A DNA stretch of 64,000 bases from Orbicella franksi (taxonomy: Eukaryota), in contig OZ116709.1 of assembly GCA_964199315.1 (NCBI GenBank), forward strand, positions 8,370,001 through 8,434,000, in the 5' to 3' direction. Positions 34,916 to 47,678 of this stretch are shown here, in pieces (position 1 is the stretch's first letter; each line of letters starts with the position of its first letter). Under the pieces are notes generated by a model. That model searched no databases and had not been told where the DNA came from. It was given only the letters and a program-made list of their open reading frames with translations. Both the position numbers and the translations under genes were made by a program.

Positions 34916-37900
34916 ATGCCGGACATTGGATCCAGCCAAAACGTAAAGACGGCCCAAGAAACTCCACAGTTGAACGGAAATGCCGGCCAAAATAGTGAGA
35001 AATATCCCGACAATGAGGTAAGAGATATTTCGAATCATTGACTTATTGCATCGTCAGTTAAATTTTTCCCCTTGCGAAAATCATGGAGATCTTAAAGCCG
35101 ACGCCGATAACTATAGCTCATTATCAAATTCAAGTTTAAAGTGGTTATTTTGACGAGGGGAAGTCCAAGAAACGAACTTTATCGTAGAACTGGAAACTTC
35201 AGGTTAAGATAGTGAAGTCTTGAAAATCCCCGTGCAACTAAAAATGGTCGGTTATATTTTACACTTAGATGCAAATAAACGACTCGCAATGTGTCAGCTG
35301 TTGAGTAGCTTGTTGCGGGTACTTGGTCTGGCCTGGAATTTTCACGCCGAATCTTTGCGATACTGGAAATTTCACTGAGTGACAACGACTTGCTTTTATG
35401 GTCTTCTGCGATAACACTGCATATTTACCAGTTTGATCCCCGCGGGGTTTTTCCACGGTTAAGTGGAAGTTCACTGAAAGGCAGTTTTTAAATGCGATAG
35501 AGTAGTATAAGTTCTATAGGCTAGGGCGGTTAAGACTGATACTGCGAGACGCCTATTTAATTGTAACAAGATGATGGTAAGACTGGTAAGATTTGTGACT
35601 GTTTCCTCGTACTACACTCCGTTCTCCAACAGGTCCACAGTTTTAGCAAGTTGATAACTTGTAACGGTTTGCAAAAGTACACGACTTTTTGTCATATGGT
35701 ACATACTGTGTGTTCTCGGATGGTCGTTAAGCCATCTCACGGACGAGATGAAGTTATTTCACTGTTCGCCTTGAGCACATTTTAATCCCACTGCGATTGC
35801 AACTGTTGCTGAAATGTTAGGCTACCGTGTTACGACTATTTTTAAACGTTACCTGGTCGCCATAACAATTTATTACAGCCTTGGTCGACCTTTGAACAAA
35901 TTGCGCAATTTGCGTACTGTTAGGGTAAGAGCTTCATTTCTGCGGATTGATCTGAAGACGTCAAAATAATAAAATAATTATTGACTGATGTCTGCGAACA
36001 CGAAAGTTTTTCCGGAGATGGAAACATTCTGTTCATGATGTATTGCGAAACTGAATGACTTTGTGAATGGGAACGATCCAGTTTCCGCAGAGTTTTAAAT
36101 TCGTTTCCTTGAGTTTTAGATTTCCTGTTTTAAGATGTCGCCGTTATTGATTTCCAGCCAAGTTACCTCGTTGGACTTTTTGCAAACTTGGTTATTTTTA
36201 AAAAATATTTGTGTTCGAGAGCAGCATAACCAATATCTTCAGTAGGAGTAGAAAACAACTTTCGAGGTCTAAAACAAAATTTAATCCTTTTGTGAACGAA
36301 CCACAAAAGCGCAAACTTTTCCCAAAAGTCAGCCATAAACTAATTTACTGGAACAACGCACTTTATACGCCAGAAAAACAAAAACTAAAATAGTATAAAG
36401 GCACTAACTAAAACAATGTTTTTTTTGCGAACTCTGTTGATTTGGATTTTATGACTGGCAACATTCCAGCAAATTCCTTTGTTTTCGCTTAATATTTTAG
36501 GGTTCCATCAAAAATATATCTTTACCTCAAACCGGGAAGCGAAAAGCAAACTCAAATATCATGACTACATTCAGATTTCTGCAGGATGTTATCATTTCTC
36601 ACAGCTTTTGTCCTTAACTACCTCCGCAGTGAATTACCTGATCTCCCACTTACCACTCGTCCGTTTCCCGCCGCTAAATATTATTCAGTTTTTAAACAAT
36701 CGATCAAAGTTCATTAGACTTTCAGATTATTTGTTACCATGAAAAGTGAGGCTGGACGTCATTGCAAGAGAAAACGAACGTGAAGTTACCAGGGCAGCGT
36801 GCATGCATTTGAAAATGTTAGTTTGCGGCGAAAAAATATCAACTGTCAAAGCGGACAACTCGTGCGTGGTAAAGTTGTTTCCATAGTAAAGTGCTCTGCT
36901 TTTGAATGGCTTTCGCTCCCGCAGCTTTACATTTAGTATGCGATACTGATTGACACTCGAGAAACAACTGTCGGTCTGTAACCAATGATATCAGTTCACT
37001 GAAAAGGTCCCTATTCAATTATTTATCACAGTTGATTGACTAGCAAAACTCCACTTTTTAACGAATACTCTCCGTCGATCTTTATATAAAGGCGTCCGGT
37101 TACCACATGAAATGTTTATATCCTCCTTCCCGGCCCCTTAAGAGTGTTGACGTTTTCCTTTTTCGCGACATCGAAGTGTAAAGAAATTGAATATGGATTC
37201 ATCTTGATCCTTGTAAATATCAGGAAAATAACATGACCGGTGGAAACCAGAATCACAGTCCAACTGGAAGCGCCAGGTCGCGAGGAAGTAGCAGAGGGAG
37301 TCCAGCTCCGAGCTTACAGGAAAAAGAAAAGATTGATCTACGATTGTTCGTGTATCCCCTGGAAAAGAAATGTCAGTGTCCGATTTGCGAAAGCGTACTC
37401 CGTTATCCAGTACAGTTTAAGGAGTGCGGCCATCGTGTGTGCTCTTCATGTTTTCCCGAATTAGCAAGGTAAGTTCGTAGCTAAGTTTCGGTTTTCGTCG
37501 CTGTATTATTGTTTTGGCTTCGCGAGGAGCGATGCACTTTTTGTTAAAGTACCACACGGCTGCGGTTTAAATTTTAACACGTATTTGAAATTTGTCGGAT
37601 GACATATGGCAAGATATTGCTCGCAGGGCGAATGGTTTTCAAATTTTATCCGCTTTCGGCCTGAATTTGCCCCGTAGAATTAAAAAATCTTGTGATAATT
37701 AATATTTCCATTATTGTTAGATACCGCTTTTTAAACGATCGTTTCAGTTTTTAAGAAATTAAAAATGCAAGGGATTGGACAAACTACAAGATTATTCTAT
37801 TTGCGTCAATTTTTACAAAAACAAAAAAAACCCTGCGAATTGCGAAAGAGTTTATAACAATTGGAAGGAATACTGGACTCTTTTTAGCACGTTAATTTCG

Positions 37901-40900
37901 ATTTGGTATGGGGAACTTTTAAATGGGTTTTATAGCCGCAAGGAATGAAACCATAAGCGTTCGTTATCCTAATTCAATGGTAAATTAATACAATTCAAAA
38001 GATTTAAATAACGAGAAAATGAAAACGCTCTTGCTTTTCGTTTTCCATCAGAGCTGATTTTGCTTTTGGATAGGGAGGAAAATATTTTGTTAATATTGTA
38101 TACACAGAACGGAACTGACAGAAATTGACTTCTTTCCATGCAATGTGTAATTTATTCCCTTTACTGCGTGCAACACTCAGACGTTCGATAAACAAATAAA
38201 ACTCAAATTTATGCAATTTTACATCCATTTGCTTTGAAGGCTTAAACTTGAATTATATTTTGATTGTGGTTTCCCTTTCATTTAATCAGCTGGTTTAATT
38301 TTTGTCTTAAAATATAATACCTATTCTGTGCTTTTCTCTTCTCCCAGGGTTGAACCCCGTTGCCCAGTGGACCAGATCCCGATCAACAAAGATGACGTAT
38401 GTAAAACGAGCGAGTGTGTTTACCGAAATATCGTGCAATGTTATATCATTCGTATTATTTCCTAAAAATATCTGGTATGAATGTGTGAATTTAATGCTGT
38501 TGTTATATAGTACATTATCAATCTGTACAGTTCTGTATTCGTTTCCAATACAAAGAACCGATTTATCGCTAAATCTATGAAAAAGGAAATGACGCAAAAA
38601 TATAGATAGAATAGTCGCAAACATTTCGTTGTAAATGTATTGACCGGACAGGAAATCTTCCCGCGTATTATTTACTGCAAGACTTTCCTTATGACGAAAA
38701 ATTTTGACAGTAATAGATCCAAACGAGGCTTTTTCACCGTTTGTCGAGCAAAGGTTTTTCGCTGATTGTTGGGAAACTGAAGTAAATCTTGTTTTGAACG
38801 GAAACGTCGCTGACGAATCAACACCCTTATTCACATTTTTCAATATTGTGAAAAAGCCGCGTTCTTCTGGCATGTGAATCACTTTTGTTCGAGTGGGAAA
38901 TCTAATATTCAACGTAACGTTGATCTATTTGTATCGATCAAGAATTAAATAGTGTTTTCATTTTTATTTCAAATTCTGCTTTAAATCTTGTTACATCAGG
39001 CGATGTTTCGAGCTCTTTTACGAGTTAATGGTTTATGAAAAACTGCAATGCTTAAGATATGAATCGGTCAGTTTCATGCTAAATGAAAACGGTGTCGGTC
39101 ACTGCGATTGATTGGGAACTTTCCTCGTGAAACGTGGAAGTTCTTGCTTGAATTTTCAGATTTAATAGGTGTACAAACAAAGTGGATCGCGATTCATGAT
39201 GGAAAATACTGAAAACCTACCCTTACGTATCCCCCGATCAGATAAAATTTTGATCTGTCTTCCGATCAAAAGAGCTTGATTTGGCACTTTACCACTGCAG
39301 ATGTTAATTGTGCCTTCACTTTGACAGGCCTACGTGGATAAGGCGTTTAACAACGAGATTCTGGCTCTTGATGTCAAGTGTAAAAACAATGAATGGGGCT
39401 GCAAGTGGGAGGGCGAATTTCAGAATTACCAGGTAAGCTATGCAGATTGTGTTTTACTAATTTTAGCTAATAAAAATAATTTTAAGGCAAGGAATCGCCT
39501 TTGTTATAAACACTGGCTAAGAGTTTTAATCAACGCGTCTTGTTGACGTTTATTTAAGTGCTTTCTGCATGCGTGGTAAATTGTCATTTGCTGTTCAAAA
39601 ACAGTGATTTGTTTGTCTTGCTCTCTAGCGGCGTTTCAGCATTCGCGAGTTTTATTAAGTGTTGAAGAGAGCTTCCTTCCTAATGATGTAAAGTGGGATG
39701 ATTGGACGCGTCGCTGAAGAAAAATGTTATCATACTAACGAAAATAGGGCCTTTGTGAGTTAGAAACAGCAGATAGCAGATGTCAACGGGGTGTTCGAGA
39801 AAACACCTATGAATGAAAAGAGATTCTCTGTATAATCTTGAAACGAATCTCTCGATTTTTTATTTTCTATTTTTTTGTTTTCTCCAGTTCCAATAAAACT
39901 GAGATAAAAAGAGATTTACAGAAATACAAAAATTGATTCCTACTTTCCCAAACGAAAACAAGTCAAAGCTGGCACCTGTTCTCGCAAGAAAATAACTCAC
40001 TTAGCCTGTAATATAATCTTCATTTTCGGTTTTCATTTCTTATTGTTCCAAATTTATAAATTACACTTTGTTTTCTTAAAATGGCGGAGAACGCCGCTAA
40101 GCGCCGGCGATGGCAATTAAATTTCGGCAGTTGAAGCCGTGAAATCAGGAGGAATATTGAAAATATTATGAAAATAACTGGCAATGGCGGAAGAGGTTTT
40201 TGTTTTTGTTAGTTATAAATAGAAAGTTTTTCAGAATTTTCCTCCGCTTGTATTTTTAGCATAACTCTTATTTCTACGGCTCCGGAAAACATTGTCTAAA
40301 TATATAGCTATGTTTTTTTTTTATGTTTTTAGCTTAATTTTGCTTAATGAAAAAGCGAATTCGTGGGGAACTGAGCGAAAAATCAAGTACCCATCAATTC
40401 TCAAAAGAGCAAACAAAGAAAGTAAAGTAGAAACATGTTTTCAAACTCAAAAACTACATTCTGTGCCATTTATTTCTACGGTTCCGGAAAACATTGTCTA
40501 AATATATAGCTATCGTTTTTTTATGTTTTTAGCTTTATTTTGCTTAATGAAAAAGCGAATTCGTGGGGGACTGAGCGAAAAATTAAATATCCATCAATTC
40601 TCAAAAGAGCAATCAAAGAAAGTAAAGTAGAAACATGTTTTCAAACTCAAAAACTACATTCTGTGCCATTTACTTTAAGAACAAGTACAATTACTCGGCT
40701 AAAACGCTTGAAAAGAAGGTCTTTACTTTCTTATTCCATACCGCTCTTGACAGGATAACGGCGTTCAAAATGTAGGCAAGTATAGCGTGCACAATGTAGG
40801 GTTTCATTTAGGAATAACAGATTCTCCCTCTTCTCCTCTTCCTCCGGAATATTTTCTGTAATTTAACACTTAAACTACGAAAGCCGAGGTAGAACTTAAT

Positions 40901-43900
40901 ATTTGAGGCTTTGAACACTTTTGAAATTACCGTATCTTTAAATCCCAGTATTTTTGCTCGCATGGTTGCTTGATATTTAATGTACACAGAGTTTAATAAT
41001 CACCTGACAGTTTACTTTGATGACAAGGGAGCTGATCACCAGCTTAAGCCTCCCTTCACCTCCTACCGAGTCAGTGATGGAGATCGGAGACTGTTGGTCC
41101 TAAAAGGCCTGCAGTTTCTGTTTCCAGCTGTCGCTCTGGCCACATCTGGCGAGGTTGCTAAGCAACAATATCAATGTCGCCTCTTAAAAAACAGTCTTGT
41201 GTTTGTGTCCCTCACATCCTTCAGTTACCAACAATTACAGTAAAAAAGAGAGGTGCGGTGGTCTCATGGTTACTGCGGTCGACTCCAGATCGAGCGGTGC
41301 GGGTTCGAGCCCTGGCCGGGGACACTGTGTTGCGTTCTTGGCCAAGAAACATTACTCTCATAGTACCTCTCTCCACCCAGGTGTATAAATGGGTACCGGC
41401 CAACTTAATGCTGGGGGCAACCCTGTGATGGACTAGCATTTCATCCGGGGAGGGAGGAAGTATAAATACTCCTAGTCGCTTTATTCCACAAAACCGGGAT
41501 AAGCTTCAGACTGATTGGCCACTTGGCTCGACGCAGACTTTACTTTGGCCTTGAAGTAATAGGTCTTGATCGATATTTGACATCAGAAATGCTCTGTTTG
41601 CGTTTCAGGATCACGTAAACTCGAATTGTGAGTACGCGGAAATCCTGTGTATGAACGACTGCGGAGCTAAATTTCAGAAGAGATTTCTGCAGAAACATCT
41701 CGACAAAGATTGTCCGAAAAAGATAATCGCTTGCCCGTACTGTGATGACAGACATCTTAGAGAGGACAAGAAGGTAAAGAAATTAGAGCAGATTAGATCC
41801 CATTAAGCGGCCATCCCCGGGGAAATGAGAGGTGGCCGTTTAACAGGGGTTGGCCACTTAGTAGGGTTTGTTAGGATTTAGCACAAAACTTAGATGAAAC
41901 GTCAATTTATTCAATTACAAAAATGCATGAAGGCTTGTGAAAACTGGTGCACGTGATGAAGGCTACATGTCACTGTTTTTTTTTTTATTCCCTTGTCACG
42001 GAAATATTATATCCTTTAGGGGTTTTATTTACAGTATTTTAGACGCAATGATTTCGGGACTTCGATATCTGGCCGCTTAATTATGGGATGTCCGCCTAAT
42101 AGCCCAATAATTGTTCGACTCTAGAGCATATCAAAGACGTAAAGCGAGGAATGTTGCAAAGGTAGAGATACATTTTGCCAACCTACCAATCATTCACGAT
42201 CGCTCAATTCTTGCTTTTCTTGACAGATTTCGGCCAAAACTGTGCTGTTAAAAGAAACAGGATAAATTTGTATAAAGGTTTAGAGCCCTGAGGGCAAATA
42301 ATGTTAGGTGATATGAATTACTGTTGTCAAACATTTGCAGTAAAAACCGTCTTTCGCACATAGTATTGTGAAAATACTGAATACCAAAATCCAATAAAAC
42401 TTTATTATCTACGGTAGTGATTAAAGCTGTAAGCTTATGGGGCCGGGCTCTCTCTTTTTGAGAGAGGTAAGAAATACTTTTGACTGTTTGATGCAATTTG
42501 TTTTCCAGGCACATCTGGCAGATGAGTGTCCCAAACTGCCGCTGCCATGTCCCAACAAATGCGATAAGAAGCTGGAGATTCCTCGAGACGAGGTAAACTT
42601 TAATATGGTATCATGTCAGTTTCTTCGTTAGACACACTTCCACTAACAGGCCCTTCAAGCTTAAAATGGACACCTATATGCTTAAAGTGGAGACTCAATC
42701 GTGCTATATTCACTTGCATGTCTTCGTGCACGCCATTTACGGATATACTTAGGAACTCACCACGAGACCAGCTCCCAGTTGGCCTGATAGCTCAGTTGGT
42801 ATAACGCTGCACCGGTATCGCAGAGGTAGAGGCCTCGATTCCCGTTCAAACCTGAATAATTTCCTGGCTCTATTTTAACTTGCGTACATAAATGCGGTCT
42901 TTGATTCAATCATACTCTTTCCTTTTCCACAGTTGGACCAACATATCGAAGAGGTTTGTCCGAAGACGAAGATGATCTGTGAATTTGAATGCATTGGTTG
43001 CACGCACAGGGTAAGTCTATACAACCTTGTTGCTGACGATTTTTTTTATTCAAATGCCTCAATCGAGGAGGGTATGTCAGTTTCAATGGCAGGAAAATTC
43101 TGAAACCCTATGTTCCCCCATGTAAATTTGTCAGTGATATAATTTTACTCTCAAAGCGCAAAACAAGAACTGACGCGAAGTTTTCCGAGATGTCCAATCA
43201 CTGATAATTTCTAATGCGCACTTTTGAAGAGCGGAACTCTATTTCCCGCCTTTTTCATGTGACGTTATTGATTTTACTCTCAACACTTAACCAATCGGTG
43301 AACGAACTTTTCTCACATTTCCAACCACGGACGACTTTGTAAGCGCGCTTCCTGATAGAGAGAAATAAGAAAATTCTGAAATTCTTTTTCTCGCCAAATA
43401 AACTTTGCATTTAAAGGAGCTATACATCACGATTTGCGCAACTTGAAAAGTTGTTCAAGTTTGTCGTTTTTAGTCTGTTTCAATCTTCTCCATCCTTAAC
43501 CATTCTTGTTCCTTAATGGTTTATTATTATCTCTTTGTTGTTTTTCTATGTTAGTAAACTACTATTTTCATCTTTCTTTCAATTTTAAGGTAATTTTGTA
43601 CGCGGTCAAAATAACTCAAAATGCCGGCATAACTGAGCTCCTTTAATGTAATTTGAACTTATGAACTTTACTTTCTTTTACAGTGCAGCCGAGAAAAAAT
43701 GCCAAAGCATTACAAAAGCAACATGATCGAACATGTGAAGTCGATCTTTACGAAGATAACAGAGCTGGACCAGACACTAAGCAAACACGAATCCACACTC
43801 AAAGAACAAGCCGACCTCATCAAAGCCCAGGACAAACGTGTTGGAGATCTGGAGAAGATCGCCAACAGTCAGCTCATCTGGCGCATCGAAGACTACTCGC

Positions 43901-44805
43901 GCAAAATGAAGGAAGCAAAGGCGGGTAATGGAGACACACTGTTTAGTCCGACATTTACCACGAGCAAACACGGGTATCGCTTGTGCGCATCGGTGTGTTT
44001 GAACGGCGATGGGAAAGGAAAAGGGACGCATATGTCTGTGTTTATCAGCGTGCTAAAAGGTAATAAATAGAACGTCTTATGTATTCTCGATATTAGACTG
44101 GATTTAGAGCGGTTTTCAGTCTCAATCTCAATCAATTTGAGTGTCCTAGAAGCAAAACCAAAAGCCATTTTAAAAGAAATGAAATTTATATGTGAGCGGT
44201 GACCAAAGTAGCAAGAGCTTTCTGGTTGGACACCGCCATGGTCAAGTAAATGGCAGGAAAAAAATTCAGCTAAGCTTGACCTACACACACGGCACTACAT
44301 TACAACATACATACACCATATTCACACTTATACAGCAACAAAATCAAGGAGCAAAATATGCAGCACCAAACTCAAAATTCGTTATTCAGAAAGTGGTATA
44401 TTTATATTGTTGGGCAAACACCCAATTCTGAGGGGTTGAGGGGTACAGATTTCCAAATCTTTGAACCAGAAACCTATAGGTTGACCTACCCATATCAACA
44501 ATTTTCGTGCTGTTTCAGGTGCGTTCGACAGTTTGCTCAAGTGGCCATTTGACTACCGCGTCACCTTCTACCTTCTGGATCAAGACGAAGATCACGCGCA
44601 ACGGAAGCACATCAAATTCAGTATCAAGCCGAACCCGTGTCCAGAGAATGAACCATTCCTTGGCCGACCCAAGCTCGAAAAGAATGCTAGCTTCGGAGGA
44701 GCAAAGTTCGCTAAACACGAGGAAATCGAGACCAGAAACTACTGCAAGGACGATACGATCTTCCTCAAGATATCTGTTGATTGTGACGGATTGAGTGAGC
44801 CGTAG
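34916..44805 (+). CDS. TRAF family protein (TRAF-B), close paralogue of TRAF-A; about 496 aa (459 aa if it starts at ATG 37233)
   Basis: Exons 34916-35017 (inferred first exon MPDIGSSQ...DNE), 37224-37468 (RING CPICESVLRYPVQFKECGHRVCSSC), 38348-38396, 39328-39432, 41609-41773, 42509-42592, 42933-43010, 43684-44059, 44519-44805 (FDSLLKWPF...YCKDDTIFLKI...LSEP*). Exon phases match TRAF-A and sizes are near-identical (49, 105, 165/162, 84/81, 78, 376, 287). Confidence 0.93.
40268..40670 (+). repeat. Recent direct tandem duplication, about 201-bp unit x2, in a TRAF-B intron
   Basis: ttatttctacgg(c/t)tccggaaaacattgtctaaatatatagctat...aaactacattctgtgccatt repeats at 40268 and about 40469 with few mismatches. 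Confidence 0.93.
41249..41546 (+). mobile_element. tRNA-derived SINE, copy 2
   Basis: Same head and body as 18178-18490. Confidence 0.88.
42705..42930 (+). mobile_element. tRNA-like (pseudo-tRNA) repeat of a second SINE/satellite family
   Basis: ggcctgatagctcagttggtataacgctgcaccggtatcgcagaggtagaggcctcgattcccgttcaaacc (42781-42851) has A-box- and B-box-like motifs but mismatched stems, inside a short intron. Confidence 0.65.
43415..43642 (+). mobile_element. Kolobok-like MITE with TTAA target duplication
   Basis: ttaa|aggagcta ... tgagctcct|ttaa, with TTAA at 43411-43414 and 43643-43646. Purine-purine termini plus a TTAA TSD fit Kolobok. Confidence 0.8.
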
Positions 44806-46302
44806 AGAATGCATTAATGTCAGTACAGAACCGCGCATGACAATCCATAGTGTAGTGCCACTTTATACAGCAGTGTACCTTTCAGTCAACTGTGCGGCGC
44901 AGCGGTCGAAAATTTAAGAAGCCTGCCACGAGTTTCAGGGATTATCAGAGAACCCCTATAGCTCAGGTTGTTGGAAGGACCAATTACGCTTAAGATTATC
45001 CAATAGCTTTTAGGGAGACTGGATAAACCCGTTGAACTTTTGGCAGAAATGATGGAAACTTATTTCAGTAAGCCGAGAAGAAGGCAAGTTACTTGACCTT
45101 ACTCAAGTTTTCATTTTCCAAGTCAGTTCCCCCGCAAATTATTGTATGGTTCCTAATACGGTATTAAGGTATTAATCCGTGTTGTTTAAAATCATCATCT
45201 TTAACTGCTAAATTTTTTTTTTTTGAAAACTATGCCTCGGAGTGGGGCGGAGGTACCTTTATCAGTGTGTATTACGAAATGCATTCCACTTTCAATGTAA
45301 GGCACTTATGAATAAGAGAACTTTCTCGCTGTGCGAGGAAGTAATGGCAGTGTGCGGGACATAGATAAGTAGTTTGTTGTGCAAACACTACGAGCTTGTT
45401 TTAAATTATTGAAGTCATGTATCCGTTTTTACGGAGGCCAGGAAAAATGGTGTTGTCCCCAAGAAGCAGCAGTGTGGTTTTTAGAAAATATTTGGAGACA
45501 GTTGCTTTTTTACCGTGGATGAATCCCCTCACGGTCAGTTTACAATTACAAGGGATGTTTTTCGCCGGGCGCTTAAGGCAATTCATAGCTTAAAGTATAT
45601 CATGCTACACTTAAAATAACCAATTAAATGTATCTGCTTTCAAAGATTTTAGATTTAAACCTTTTAAGGCAGTGTTACGGTATTGGATAATTTGGAAATA
45701 CTAAATAGTTCAGGGGAGGGGGGGGGGTGGGTTAACAGGGAAATCTTGAAAACCTGTCACAGAAATTTAAATAATGAATAGCCAAGAATAGGCTACAAGA
45801 AGTAAATAATCTTAGATAATCGATAAGCTTCTAATAATGGATAAACTATTCTCGATTTCCGCCGCTATCTCAAGTCCAGTCCATGTTCCTCCTCTTTCTC
45901 CCTGATAAAGAGGCCGAGGAGTGTCTTCGGGGGAGAGCGCGGGCTCCTTTCCTAAACAGCGGCTGGTAATCGAACCTATGAATAGACACGCACATAGTTA
46001 ACTACTTTAAGTCCACCCCAGGGAACAACTTGAATTGATATACAATCAAACCTCCTTTAGGCAACCACTTCTTTATTTATAGATTAGAAGAGAAAGACCC
46101 CAGATTTAAGTCTGCAGTCAAATTACTGTTATATATTGACACATGCTGCACTGGAGCACCCAGCTTAGCTTGACAAAACTACAAGGTTCGACTGTCAAAA
46201 TTAAGAGATAGCATCATTACTTTTAGCCAGTACAATTAAGCCTATGGTGCATCTTTAGGCTCTTCACGTAATCTTTCCTCCCTCAAGAGGAAAGAACGCG
46301 TG

Positions 46303-46878
46303 ACAGACCGAATGTACGTCCTTGTAGAAGGCTAAACTTCTGAAACTTGTGACGAACTCTATAAGTGTTGGTAAGCAACCGCACGCTCATTAGACATGTT
46401 AACTTTAATTTTCTATCTGTGCGAAAACGTAACTTATTGTGCATCCATCTGCTTACACACCACGGAAAACGGTGGATTTCAAAAGTAACAACATTTCAAT
46501 TTTCGTAGTCTTAGCTCATTAGATTTTGAGATATTTTCAAGGGTAGCAAACTACCTTTTACCGTGCAAGTTTCCAGCACTTAATTGTAAAACAGACCGAA
46601 TGTACGTCATTGTAGAAGGCTAAACTTCTGAAACTTGTGACGAACTCTATAAGTGTTGGTAAGCAACTGCACGCTCATTAGACATGTGAACTTTAATTTT
46701 CTATCTGTGCGAAAACGTAACTTATTGTACATTCATTTGCTTACACACCACGGAAAACAGTGGACTTCAAAAGTAACAACATTTTAATTTTCGTAGTCTT
46801 AGCTCATTAGATTTTGAGATATTTTCAAGGGTAGCAAACTACCTTTTATCGTGCAAGTTTCCAGCACTTAATTGTAAA
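46303..46878 (+). repeat. Recent direct tandem duplication, 288-bp unit x2
   Basis: acagaccgaatgtacgtc...ccagcacttaattgtaaa occurs at 46303-46590 and 46591-46878, with about 10 substitutions. Confidence 0.95.
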
Positions 46879-47421
46879 TAAAGATAAACGTTTTTAAATG
46901 AAAACTTCGAGTCTTGATGAGCTTGATTCAGTAAACTAGTTTAGTTGTTGATACTTTCTAAAGACACGTGGCTTATCTTATATCAAAGACGTAACGGTTG
47001 TGATAAGCACACTGTGGAGTGTTACACTTGGGCGGGGTAGAGGAAGTTTAATTCCCGCCAGAGAAACCCTATGTAATGAGAGTTATACAGAACGTTTATC
47101 GCAAAAAGGGTGTGATCGACAAAAATGCTTCAGCCACTAATCAAACCACAAAAATATGAGTTTTGAATATTGAAAGGGCGTGGCACAATTAGCTACAATT
47201 TGAGGCGTGACAGTCACACCAGGTATCACAACAAATATACACGTAAATTAAGCAAGTGAAAATCGAGGTTTAATTGTATCTTGGATCGTTTATATGCAAG
47301 CTTACAAGCTCTTTAAATTTTTGGAATCATATGAATTCGTATCTGGTTAAAAGCAAAACCGACGTATGCAAACGAGACAAATGTAAGCAATGAGTTCCCC
47401 AGTACAGTGAACAGTTGCGAA

Positions 47422-47650
47422 TACTACGATTATCAGTTGAGTAAGACACGAACGAGCTTAGGAGACGAAGTTTTGGACTTAAAATCACGATGTTGCCACG
47501 GACATTTCGCGCGCTTTGCTGCCAATTACGTCAATGCCCGCAAGTTGCCACTGGAAACGGAGCCGGTTGCCCGTGACAACAACACAAGTTGAACGTTAAA
47601 ACCGGGTCACCAATCTTTCGTCGCCCCTTACTCAACTGATGATCGTAGTA
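47422..47650. repeat. Imperfect palindromic element
   Basis: tactacgattatcagttgagtaag (47422) is mirrored by cttactcaactgatgatcgtagta (ending 47650). Similarity continues inward to tgttgccacgg / ccgtgacaaca. Confidence 0.75.
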
Positions 47651-47678
47651 CATGATGGGTACTAATTGTGTAACACGA

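Noticed and set aside
38307-38912. 201-aa minus-strand ORF
   Set aside because: Antisense to TRAF-B exon 2 and its intron, no recognisable motif, AT-rich intron-like composition; most likely a chance ORF.
42781-42851. Functional tRNA gene
   Set aside because: The acceptor and T stems are mismatched, and the sequence is embedded in a longer repeat unit; better explained as a tRNA-derived repeat.
40268-46878. CRISPR-like arrays suggested by direct repeats
   Set aside because: The units are 200-290 bp, occur only twice and have no spacers, and the context is eukaryotic with no cas genes.
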